Shown in pieces: positions 19,835-28,070 of a DNA stretch of 64,000 bases (positions are counted from its first letter, which is position 1; every line of letters begins with the position of its first letter). Made by a program: the position numbers and the translations under genes. Origin of the DNA: Oligoflexales bacterium (lineage in GTDB: Bacteria > Bdellovibrionota_B > Oligoflexia > Oligoflexales > CAIYRB01); contig JBGSUI010000234.1 of NCBI GenBank assembly GCA_041736175.1, positions 33,394 to 97,393 of the forward strand. The letters run 5' to 3'. The notes under the pieces are model-generated. The model did not search any database. It worked only from the letters and a program-made list of their open reading frames with translations, and was not told the DNA's origin.

Positions 19835-20245
19835 ATGGCTTTAGCGCAGCCCAATATGAAAATACTTGTTGTGGATGACTTTCCTACGATGCGTAGAATT
19901 GTCAAGACGCTTATGCGCCAAAATGGCTTTACGGATTTCACGGAAGCAGAAGATGGAGCCCAAGCATTAGATATCCTACGAAAAAATCCTGATATTGAAT
20001 TTGTGGTTTCTGACTGGAATATGCCTAATATGACCGGAATTGAGCTGTTAAAAGCAGTTAGAGCGGATCCAAAATTAAAGCATCTGCCGTTTTTGATGGT
20101 GACTGCAGAAGCTGAAAAAGAAAACATTATTGAGGCTGTGAAATCTGGAGTCAGCAACTATGTGGTTAAACCTTTCACGGGACAAACATTGGGTGAAAAG
20201 TTAGCAAAAATATTCAATAACCTCAATGTAAAGAAAACGGGTTAA
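19835..20245 (+). CDS. cheY: Chemotaxis response regulator CheY
   Basis: ILVVDDFPTMRRIVK, SDWNMPNMTG, MVTAEA, YVVKPFT. Confidence 0.93.
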   Translation: MALAQPNMKILVVDDFPTMRRIVKTLMRQNGFTDFTEAEDGAQALDILRKNPDIEFVVSDWNMPNMTGIELLKAVRADPKLKHLPFLMVTAEAEKENIIEAVKSGVSNYVVKPFTGQTLGEKLAKIFNNLNVKKTG

Positions 20246-20247
20246 AA

Positions 20248-20763
20248 ATGACTTCAAATCCAAATCCAAGCCCCCTCAATCTAGGACAAGATGGTGAAGT
20301 GCTTCCAGCTAAAGATTTATCAGAAATCGCTCTAGATAAAGAAGGGGCTCAAAAACCAAGCTCAGCAAATTTTGATGAGAACCTCATTAAAAAGTATCCT
20401 AGGTCAAATCGTAAGATCAATGTAGAGGTCCAGACTTATACCTTGATTTCGGAGACCAACTTGGAACTTAAATCTCTCACCTCATATATAAGCCCTTATG
20501 GGATGGAGTTCCAGACGACTCGTAATTATTCTCCTGGAACGTTGCTAAAGATTCTTGTTTCGCTGCCAGATTACTGGTCTAGGAAGCAACGTTTTGTAAA
20601 TTACAATAGAATTGATACTCCTAATACCTTTAAGGTTCTTGCTAAAGTAGTCAAGACTGAAGATATCGGTAAGAGAGGCAAAAAGAAAATCATCTTAGTC
20701 CAGACTGTTAATATGGATGAAGTCGACGAACAGGTTCTAAAATCGTATCTTCAGGACGGGTAA
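20248..20763 (+). CDS. PilZ-like domain protein (degenerate c-di-GMP motifs)
   Basis: KKYPR and YISPYGMEF at the RxxxR and D/NxSxxG positions; C-terminal helix MDEVDEQVLKSYL. Confidence 0.6.
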   Translation: MTSNPNPSPLNLGQDGEVLPAKDLSEIALDKEGAQKPSSANFDENLIKKYPRSNRKINVEVQTYTLISETNLELKSLTSYISPYGMEFQTTRNYSPGTLLKILVSLPDYWSRKQRFVNYNRIDTPNTFKVLAKVVKTEDIGKRGKKKIILVQTVNMDEVDEQVLKSYLQDG

Positions 20764-20767
20764 GCTA

Positions 20768-21361
20768 ATGTTAGAAGCTTTTGTATTTATATTGTTACTC
20801 GTCGATGTCTTTTTAGTGTGGAGTGTATTCAAGTCGGGGAAAAGACAAGATAATCGTCTAGAGACTCTGGAAGCGATTGCCGAAGAGAAAAAGATGATCA
20901 GCGAGATGCTGGACAATCTCCGCTACGAGGTCAAAATCTCCCAACAGGAGATGGTTAAAACCTTAGAAAATGTCAAACTTGTAGCAGCCGAATTAGATCA
21001 CGAGATCAAAAGCTACCAAAACACGATTGGGCAGGACGTTGTTAAGATCGAAAGCGATATTAGAGAAATGCTGGAGAAGCCCATTCATGAAATCGCACAA
21101 AAACAGATCCAGCTAAAAAAGATGTATTCGAAGATCGAAAGACAAAAAGAGGTCATCGTAAAGGTTATCAATAAAGGCGAAAAAATCTGTCAGTTTATGG
21201 ATGACAGGATTTCCTATGAAGAACTACTCGTCGAAATCAATGACAAGAAGTATTCGGACGCTAGGGCTTTGTTAGCGAAGGGTCGCAGCCCAAAGGAAGT
21301 CGCTTTAGATTTAGGTCTCAGCGAGTCTGAGGTAAAACTTGTGGCCGGACTGGCGATTTAA
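20768..21361 (+). CDS. Membrane-anchored coiled-coil protein with C-terminal HTH-like (DUF2802-like) domain
   Basis: N-terminal TM helix, coiled coil, YSDARALLAKGRSPKEVALDLGLSESEVKLV. Confidence 0.65.
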   Translation: MLEAFVFILLLVDVFLVWSVFKSGKRQDNRLETLEAIAEEKKMISEMLDNLRYEVKISQQEMVKTLENVKLVAAELDHEIKSYQNTIGQDVVKIESDIREMLEKPIHEIAQKQIQLKKMYSKIERQKEVIVKVINKGEKICQFMDDRISYEELLVEINDKKYSDARALLAKGRSPKEVALDLGLSESEVKLVAGLAI

Positions 21362-21439
21362 CAAACAAGCCATCGTCAAACACCTTGATTTCCATTAAAC
21401 TCCCACCAGGGCGGTCGTTTAAACCATGGGAGTCTTCAG

Positions 21440-22735
21440 GTGCAGCAGGATATCGGTCAAATGGACCGCAAGAGATACTTGACGAGTGAATTTTCAGCCT
21501 TGGGACTTCTCATCCTAGGAGTGCCCTTTGGAGTCGCCTTTCAAAACTTTGTGATGGTGATCCTTGGAGGGCTTTTCCTTTGGTGGTATGGCCCAGGCCT
21601 CTTTAACGTTGCAGGTCGCTTATCCGACTATGAAAAGCGGTCGATGATTTGGGCGAGCTTTTTTGTTGCGATGACCGCATTGGCCACATCGCTCAATTTA
21701 AAAGTTCCAAACCAGTCGGTGATTTCTTATATCGTCAGCCATGGTGTCTGCTTTGGGTTTCCCGTTTTGTTTATGGCAGTCAAACCCCAAGGAACCGAGC
21801 AAAAGGAAGTGTTGAAAGATCGGCTCAGCAAGGGAGCAGCTTTCTTGGGTGTCCTTATGCTACTGTGTTTTATTTCTCAAGGGATGATTGGTTGGAGGTT
21901 AGAGGGAATTCACATTCAGTTTGATCATGCCTACACGAGGGCTCGCGGTTTTTTTTCCCATCCATTGACCCTTGCCTATGTGGCATTAGCCTTGTTGCCA
22001 CTCAGTCTTATTTTAACTAAATACCATTGGCGTAAGCTATATCCATGGTTGATTTTGATGGCAGTCCTCGGGGCTATCTATTTTTCCATGTCAAGGACGG
22101 TGCAGGCGTTAACCATGGTTATTTTTGTGTGGAATATTTTGACTCTCAAGGAAAGAAAAGTTCGCTATGCTGCTCTAGGAGTCATGCTCCTGAGTATTTT
22201 AGCGATCTTAGGGACTGACAACCTGGTATCTCATCGGCTCAAAAATATGATTAGGGGCGGCGGGACTCAGTGGTCTGAAGATACCTACAGCCATTACCCC
22301 GATGACCGACTGGCGTTTTGGGATATTCACTTGCAAATGATTAAGGAACGACCACTTAGGGGGCATGGGGTCGCCATGAATCAAGAGTACCGCCGGCCTT
22401 ATTATGAGGCCATGGGACTTAAGGACTTTAAAAAGCCCTATGAGGCACATAACCAGTTGATCCAAATCGTTGCGGAAGGTGGTTTAGCTGCGTTGGTGTT
22501 TTTCTGTCTATGGATTTATTATTTGTTTAGGAGCTTTGCAGACCAAGGTCCAATAGTGGCAGAGGTTCGAAATCAAACCTTAGTGTTGTTTATTTTGGGG
22601 GGGATGACCCAAAATGCCTACCATGACAGCGAAGTCCGCTATGCCCTGATGGTCATTCTGGCCTTAGGATTTGTCAGTAAGGAGTTGTGCAAACACCCCG
22701 AAGACTTAGGACAACGGAGTGCGGCAGAGGGCTAG
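21440..22735 (+). CDS. O-antigen ligase (Wzy_C/WaaL) family protein
   Basis: RARGFFSHPLTLA, SMSRT, RLAFWDIHLQMIKERPLRGHG, AHNQLIQIVAEGG; many TM helices. Confidence 0.85.
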   Translation: MQQDIGQMDRKRYLTSEFSALGLLILGVPFGVAFQNFVMVILGGLFLWWYGPGLFNVAGRLSDYEKRSMIWASFFVAMTALATSLNLKVPNQSVISYIVSHGVCFGFPVLFMAVKPQGTEQKEVLKDRLSKGAAFLGVLMLLCFISQGMIGWRLEGIHIQFDHAYTRARGFFSHPLTLAYVALALLPLSLILTKYHWRKLYPWLILMAVLGAIYFSMSRTVQALTMVIFVWNILTLKERKVRYAALGVMLLSILAILGTDNLVSHRLKNMIRGGGTQWSEDTYSHYPDDRLAFWDIHLQMIKERPLRGHGVAMNQEYRRPYYEAMGLKDFKKPYEAHNQLIQIVAEGGLAALVFFCLWIYYLFRSFADQGPIVAEVRNQTLVLFILGGMTQNAYHDSEVRYALMVILALGFVSKELCKHPEDLGQRSAAEG

Positions 22736-23467
22736 TTTGCAGATTTGAAGCGGTCGATCCCCCAAGAGGGATTCGATCTTATGGGCCGTTTCTTGAAGGG
22801 TTTGGCCCGTCGTATAAACATCGTCGATGATCAGTACCTTGAATGCCTCTAGGCTGATATGATTAAATTTTTTGACCCAAGTACGATCAGTTTTTTGGTA
22901 CACAGTCGCCCATAGGCGCTCGGTCCAGGGAGTGGTAGACTCCTGTCGTTGGCTAAAGCTTATGTTATGGTGTTGGGCTCTCTTGTAGAGCCGGCCTTGG
23001 AGGAGCAGTGGGCTATCGAGGAGAGGCTTCCGATGTTTTACAGCCATGGCGTGGGCCAAATAGCCGGCAAGATTGATCCGTCCCCGCAGACGTCCCCAAA
23101 GGCTTGATGGCGACGCGATGACCACATCGCACCATTGGCCCCAAGGAGATGCCGGGCTATTGGTGAATAGTTCAAGGAGGAGAGTCCTAGATTTTTCTTC
23201 GTTAGCAATCTTGGCTCGATGAATCCACTGCTTCATCAGACTTTCATAGGAAAAAAATGCGATGGGATCAAAAAAGCCATAGCTCGATGGATGGGGGACA
23301 AGGCTTTTAGCAAAGAGGCGGTGGCAGTCCCCACATAGGGCATAGCTGGTTAGCGCCATTTTGGAAACTGGATTTGTCCTGTCGAGGCAGTGAGCACAGC
23401 TTAACAGTCGGGTGTCAAAAGGGAGGGCTCTAGGGGTAAACAGACTTGATTTAGATCTGTCAGGCAT
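22706..23467 (-). CDS. comF: ComF-family phosphoribosyltransferase-domain protein
   Basis: CxxC...CxxC N-terminus; VLIIDDVYTTGQT PRT motif. Confidence 0.75.
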   Translation of the reverse strand: MPDRSKSSLFTPRALPFDTRLLSCAHCLDRTNPVSKMALTSYALCGDCHRLFAKSLVPHPSSYGFFDPIAFFSYESLMKQWIHRAKIANEEKSRTLLLELFTNSPASPWGQWCDVVIASPSSLWGRLRGRINLAGYLAHAMAVKHRKPLLDSPLLLQGRLYKRAQHHNISFSQRQESTTPWTERLWATVYQKTDRTWVKKFNHISLEAFKVLIIDDVYTTGQTLQETAHKIESLLGDRPLQICKLALCRTPLS

Positions 23468-23900
23468 GGTGATATCCTGTTCCTTTCATGATTTCAAAAG
23501 CACGATAGAGCTGCTCGCAGTGAATCACAAAAGCCAGGTCGCTGGTAAAAGTCAATCGGGAAAGGCTAAGAGTCTTGCTGCACTTTTCTTTAAGAGCGGG
23601 AGGCAGCCCTAAAGGACCGCCAATAACGAGGGTTAGCTGCTTTACGATGGACCTATTGCGCAGGCTCACAATCGCTTGCGAAAACTCCAGAGAATCGTAC
23701 TCAAGACCCCTTTCGTCATAGACCCAAATCTCATGGTGGGGTGGTGGTTTTAACTGTAGGTATTTAAGGGCCTGTTCATTGTCTTTGAGTTCAAGGAATT
23801 CAAAGCCAGCCGTCTTACTAAGCCTATGTTGATAAATCTGCGCAAGGTTTTTGCAGTCTGGATAGGCTATACGGCCGATTTTTACGGTGCAGATCTTCAT
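23460..23900 (-). CDS. rlmH: 23S rRNA pseudouridine1915 N3-methyltransferase
   Basis: DERG, LVIGGPLG, LSLSRLTF, EQLYRAFEIMKGTGYH. Confidence 0.92.
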   Translation of the reverse strand: MKICTVKIGRIAYPDCKNLAQIYQHRLSKTAGFEFLELKDNEQALKYLQLKPPPHHEIWVYDERGLEYDSLEFSQAIVSLRNRSIVKQLTLVIGGPLGLPPALKEKCSKTLSLSRLTFTSDLAFVIHCEQLYRAFEIMKGTGYHHA

Positions 23901-23930
23901 AAAAAAACAAATCTCTTAGCATCCAGCGAT

Positions 23931-24281
23931 CTATTTAGACCCGGTTTCGATAAATTTGCTTTTGGGCCAAAGCTGCTCGATTCCATAGTAATCTCGAACA
24001 TAGTCGAAAAAAATATGGACCAAAAAGTTTCCATAATCCATCACAATCCAATTGCCAGTTTGTTTGCCCTCTACGGCGACGGGTTTTATGCCGGCAACTT
24101 TGCGGCACCTTTCTTCGATGGCATCGGCAATGGCGCGGGTCTGTCTTTCGTTGTCGCCCGAGCAGATAAAGTGGAAGTCGCAGAGATCTGACAGTCCGCG
24201 GACGTCAACCAAAAGCGGACGTGTAGCTTTTTTATCCCTTGCTGCAGCCGCAGCTTCTTTGACTATTTCGAGGTGTTCCAT
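23931..24281 (-). CDS. rsfS: Ribosome silencing factor RsfS
   Basis: DKKA, CDFHFICSGDNERQTRAIA, WIVMDYGNFLVHIF, RDYYGIEQLW. Confidence 0.95.
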   Translation of the reverse strand: MEHLEIVKEAAAAARDKKATRPLLVDVRGLSDLCDFHFICSGDNERQTRAIADAIEERCRKVAGIKPVAVEGKQTGNWIVMDYGNFLVHIFFDYVRDYYGIEQLWPKSKFIETGSK

Positions 24282-25018
24282 GAGTTTTCAACGACTCCGT
24301 AAAGTTTGTGATCTTGTATATATGTCATCACGCTGTCTTGAATCCAGTTTGGAGGGATTGGTTCTCCGCCTAAGATTGTACCCCTGATCTCAGAGCTGGA
24401 GATGTCACTGGCCCTTTGGTTTAGAAGTAATGGAGCCAAGGGAGCGAGTGGAGGATGCAGCTCCAAAGATTGGGTCCCTTCCAGAATCTCTTGAATATGT
24501 CGGTGGGCGGACTGAATGGAAAGTTGTTTTTTGGAGTGGGCTGGTGGGGAGACATTTCCCCCAGCAGGTGCAGGTCTACCGACAACGATCAGCTGTACCT
24601 TTGAAAGGATGAGCGCAGGATTTTTCCAAGACCCAAGTCCCCAAAACTGATCTTCGCCGACGATCATGGCAATCCGTGACGGAGGCTCTTGGGGGAGGAG
24701 TCTCGAGATCGCTTCCAACGTGCGATAGGTGTACTGGGGTGCGGGCAAGGTCGATTCCAAACTGCTTACGGTGACGGAAGGTATGGCTTCAAAGGCCAGC
24801 TCACACATGGCCAGACGGTGAGTGTAGTCAGCAGCAGCCTTTTTTGAGGGTGATCTAGCGTCCAATGGAGGCGGCGATGGGGTCGGCATCACCAGAATAT
24901 GACCCTGGGGGACTGCTTCGAGAACAGTTTCGATGCACATCAGATGTCCAAGGTGTGGGGGGTCGAAGGTTCCCCCAAACAGAATGATCGAGCTTGTTTG
25001 TGGCCATGGTCGTTCCAT
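24263..25018 (-). CDS. nadD: Nicotinate-nucleotide adenylyltransferase
   Basis: FGGTFDPPHLGH, YTYRTL, IVGED, ISSSEIR, YIQDHKLY. Confidence 0.92.
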   Translation of the reverse strand: MERPWPQTSSIILFGGTFDPPHLGHLMCIETVLEAVPQGHILVMPTPSPPPLDARSPSKKAAADYTHRLAMCELAFEAIPSVTVSSLESTLPAPQYTYRTLEAISRLLPQEPPSRIAMIVGEDQFWGLGSWKNPALILSKVQLIVVGRPAPAGGNVSPPAHSKKQLSIQSAHRHIQEILEGTQSLELHPPLAPLAPLLLNQRASDISSSEIRGTILGGEPIPPNWIQDSVMTYIQDHKLYGVVENSWNTSK

Positions 25019-26158
25019 TTAGGTCACCACGAGATCACAGGTAGCCACGGGTAGAGACACATTCCACGGAAGGTTTAAGGGTGCAAAGTTGGTGGCAGAC
25101 GGAGTTTCGAGAGCAATGGCTGACTCAGCAGCCTCAGCCTGCATGGCTTTGACGGATTTTACGGCGTGATTAAGTCTTCTTGCCAGGTGTTCTAGACCTC
25201 GCCCCGTGATCGCTGAGATGGGGATGACCTCAAGGGGACGCTCTAGGATGAGGTCTTGCTCGACTGTAGCGACGTAGTCATCGTCACAGCAGTCGATTTT
25301 ATTGAGGATGATCATGGAGTGTTTTTTTGCCATTTCCGGGCTGTATTTTTTCAGCTCTTCTCTAAGGATCAAGTAACTTTCGGCTGGGGTTTTTTGTAGA
25401 TCATCGATGTCTAGAACATAGGCGACCACCGAGGTTCTTTCGAGATGTTTCAGAAATTGTAGCCCCAATCCTTTTCCGTCGCTGGCTCCTTCGATCAGTC
25501 CAGGAATATCCGCGATAACAAAGGAGTCTCGCTGAAAGGAGCTGACCTCCACATCCACAACCCCGAGTTGGGGGGTGAGGGTGGTAAAGGGATAGTCCGC
25601 GATTTTAGGTTTTGCGGCACTCATTTTACTGAGAAGGGTTGACTTGCCAGCATTGGGAAAGCCAGCGAGACCCACATCGGCGATGAGCTTAAGGTCTAGG
25701 GCAAGGTTCCATGTTTCCCCCGGACCACCCGGTCTAAACTCCTCCGGAGCCTGGTGAGTGGCGGTGGCCCAGTGGGTGTTTCCGAGACCATGTTTTCCGC
25801 CCTTGGCGACGATCAGAGACTGACCTTTTTCGAGGAGTTCGCCGACAACTTCTCCGGTGTCTTCGTTGCGAATCACTGTACCGATGGGTACGGGAATCAC
25901 CAGATCCTCACCACAGCGACCTCGGCAGCCATTAGGTCCACCTCTGACACCATCCTCAGAGCGGTATTCGGCTCGGTAGCGGAGGTTGCTAAGGGTGTTT
26001 TGCCCAGGATCGGCTTGGACGACCACATCACCACCCGTGCCGCCATCACCACCGTCTGGTCCTAGCTTAGGTTTGCCTTTAGCAGACTTAAAGCTTGCGA
26101 TACCGTCACCGCCACGTCCTGCTTTAACCATGATTGAAATACTGTCCAAAAACTTCAT
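25019..26158 (-). CDS. obgE: GTPase ObgE/CgtA
   Basis: Gly-rich Obg fold; GFPNAGKST, DYPFTT, DIPG, NKID. Confidence 0.97.
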   Translation of the reverse strand: MKFLDSISIMVKAGRGGDGIASFKSAKGKPKLGPDGGDGGTGGDVVVQADPGQNTLSNLRYRAEYRSEDGVRGGPNGCRGRCGEDLVIPVPIGTVIRNEDTGEVVGELLEKGQSLIVAKGGKHGLGNTHWATATHQAPEEFRPGGPGETWNLALDLKLIADVGLAGFPNAGKSTLLSKMSAAKPKIADYPFTTLTPQLGVVDVEVSSFQRDSFVIADIPGLIEGASDGKGLGLQFLKHLERTSVVAYVLDIDDLQKTPAESYLILREELKKYSPEMAKKHSMIILNKIDCCDDDYVATVEQDLILERPLEVIPISAITGRGLEHLARRLNHAVKSVKAMQAEAAESAIALETPSATNFAPLNLPWNVSLPVATCDLVVT

Positions 26159-26392
26159 TGCTGTCCCCCCCTGTTTCCCTAGTGTGTCTTGCTCTTTGGA
26201 TGGGTGATGACCACCTGTCCCCTCGAACCCTCAAAAACCACTGGCTATGTTAAAACCACAAAGCGTCCCAGTATTGACCTAAGTGGTTGCCAGCAAACGA
26301 TTTAAGATTCGTATGGTGTTGGTGCTAGTATGGAAACGGCAGCATCTCGAGAAAATTTGCGATAGGTCGGTTCTGGCTTATTTAAACAAGCA

Positions 26393-26409
26393 GGCCCTTG
26401 ACCAGGGCC
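26393..26409 (-). terminator. Possible hairpin/terminator after rpmA
   Basis: GGCCCT-N5-AGGGCC stem followed on the minus strand by TGCTTGTTT. Confidence 0.35.
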
Positions 26410-26431
26410 GCTAATCTGGAGAACCAGGAGG

Positions 26432-26701
26432 TTAGGCCCCAGAAGCTACGAGTGGGGTGACGGTCACTTTTTTACGATTTCCGGCGATGGTCTGGTATTT
26501 GACGACGCCATCAACCTTAGAAAATAGAGTGAAGTCTTTTCCCAAGCCCACGTTAAGGCCTGCAAGGAAAGTTCCCCCAACTTGCCGCACAAGAATGCTT
26601 CCGGCAGTCACTTCTTGACCGCCGTAGACTTTAACTCCGCGGTATTGTGGGTTGGAATCGCGCCCGTTTCTTGTACTGCCACCGGCTTTTTTATGTGCCA
26701 T
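26432..26701 (-). CDS. rpmA: 50S ribosomal protein L27
   Basis: [16 protein letters not shown]. Confidence 0.98.
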   Translation of the reverse strand: MAHKKAGGSTRNGRDSNPQYRGVKVYGGQEVTAGSILVRQVGGTFLAGLNVGLGKDFTLFSKVDGVVKYQTIAGNRKKVTVTPLVASGA

Positions 26702-26788
26702 CTCACGTTACCTATTGTTGCCTATGGGTTTGTAAATGTGGAGCATCATGGTCTGAAATGCAACCAGCCACTTTAAGCTCCTACTGGA

Positions 26789-27097
26789 CTATACCGTGAT
26801 GTCTTTAACTTCCAACACTGTCAGGGGCTGTCTGTGGCCTCGGGTGCGCTTGTAGTTTTTGCGGCGCTTGTACTTAAAAATGATGACCTTATCACCTTTT
26901 TTTTGTGCCTTAATCGTCGCTTGGACCGAAGCCCCTTGGACGGTTGGGGCACCAAACCTTACCTGGTCTCCTCCGACCATCAGCACCTTGTCGAAGGTAA
27001 CGATGTCACCAGCTTGGCCCGGTAGACTATCGATGACTAGTTCTTGGCCCACGGCCACTTTGAATTGCCGGCTTCCGGCTTGGATCACTGCGTACAT
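26789..27097 (-). CDS. rplU: 50S ribosomal protein L21
   Basis: MYAVIQAGSRQFKV...KRRKNYKRTRGHRQ; start at ATG 27097 behind a GGAGG RBS. Confidence 0.97.
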   Translation of the reverse strand: MYAVIQAGSRQFKVAVGQELVIDSLPGQAGDIVTFDKVLMVGGDQVRFGAPTVQGASVQATIKAQKKGDKVIIFKYKRRKNYKRTRGHRQPLTVLEVKDITV

Positions 27098-27162
27098 TTT
27101 GTGTGTCTTCCTCCACTGGGGCGATACGTCGGTCTCTGAATGCAAGTACCGCAAAGGCGGGT

Positions 27163-27191
27163 ATTATGCTTGGCTAATAAAAGTGTGTCAA
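27163..27191 (-). promoter_or_regulatory. sigma70 promoter of rplU-rpmA
   Basis: TTGACA-N17-CATAAT on the minus strand. Confidence 0.7.
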
Positions 27192-27413
27192 CTGTAGTTT
27201 TTATGGAAAACCGTGACATCCTAAAGCCACTCAAAGTTTTTTACTTAGGCCCTTTAGGATATTATTCTAGTGAGATAGCTGAGGTCTGAGGGATTCCATC
27301 ACTCTTTTTACTGCTTCTAAGGACTAGAGTTTTGCCCTCTTTTTCTGGTAACTTTCAAGTCACGATGGGCCTTCGTAGGCCTTACAACCAGATATATCAA
27401 GGAATTTTCTTTA

Positions 27414-28034
27414 ATGATAAATCTTGTGGACCAGATTCGAGCCATTGAAAAGTCTCTCCTGGGAGCAAATTGTCTCAGTGAGCGGATGGTAGAAGGGATC
27501 GCCAAGCAAGCGCGTCATGTTCAGCGTGAGGCGGATCGAATATGGCTCGAAGGGCAGATCCGCAACCATCGAAAGCTCATGGATATGCCGAAGGGCTTGC
27601 CTCCACTTAAGCCCTCTGGAATTCCCCCTGGAATCTCCCCAGGCGGCTCCTCTGGCATGACTCCAGGTGTGTCGCCTGGGACGCCCCCTGGATTATCAAG
27701 ACACGGAGCCAGCGGCGGGCCAGGCTTCGGAGGAGCGGCCATAACCCGGGACCTTCGCCCTGCCACGGCCGATCGCGTCGAGATATCGGTGCGTTTTGAA
27801 AACCGCCCCGTATGGAAACCAGTCCACACCAATCGAGCTATGTTTGTTCTGAAGGCTACGGGCAGGCTTTGGGAGGTTGTCGTACCGGAAAAACAGATGC
27901 GTCAAGCTTTTGAGGTTATGGATGACCATAACAATTGGATTGGACTGGTTCGGGGATATCTTGGTGGGGAGATTGAAGGTGGTTTTGCCATTGAAAACCC
28001 TATGATTCATGTTTACTTAAAACCGCGAACCTAA
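27414..28034 (+). CDS. Hypothetical protein: Pro/Gly repeat linker + C-terminal domain resembling so-called FinO-like small proteins
   Basis: C-terminal pattern RVEISVRF..P..F..GRLWEVVV..W.G.VRG.LG..GFAIENPMIHVY. Confidence 0.55.
   Translation: MINLVDQIRAIEKSLLGANCLSERMVEGIAKQARHVQREADRIWLEGQIRNHRKLMDMPKGLPPLKPSGIPPGISPGGSSGMTPGVSPGTPPGLSRHGASGGPGFGGAAITRDLRPATADRVEISVRFENRPVWKPVHTNRAMFVLKATGRLWEVVVPEKQMRQAFEVMDDHNNWIGLVRGYLGGEIEGGFAIENPMIHVYLKPRT
27612..27695 (+). repeat. Seven imperfect 12-nt tandem repeats encoding (P/S/T)-(P/S)-G-x tetrapeptides
   Basis: ccctctggaatt ccccctggaatc tccccaggcggc tcctctggcatg actccaggtgtg tcgcctgggacg ccccctggatta. Confidence 0.75.
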
Positions 28035-28070
28035 TAGCACCCACACGAAAAAGCCAAAAAAGGGTCATCG

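Noticed and set aside
26160..26430. tRNA or known ncRNA in the rpmA-obgE gap
   Set aside because: Only short hairpins; no cloverleaf or recognisable family motif.
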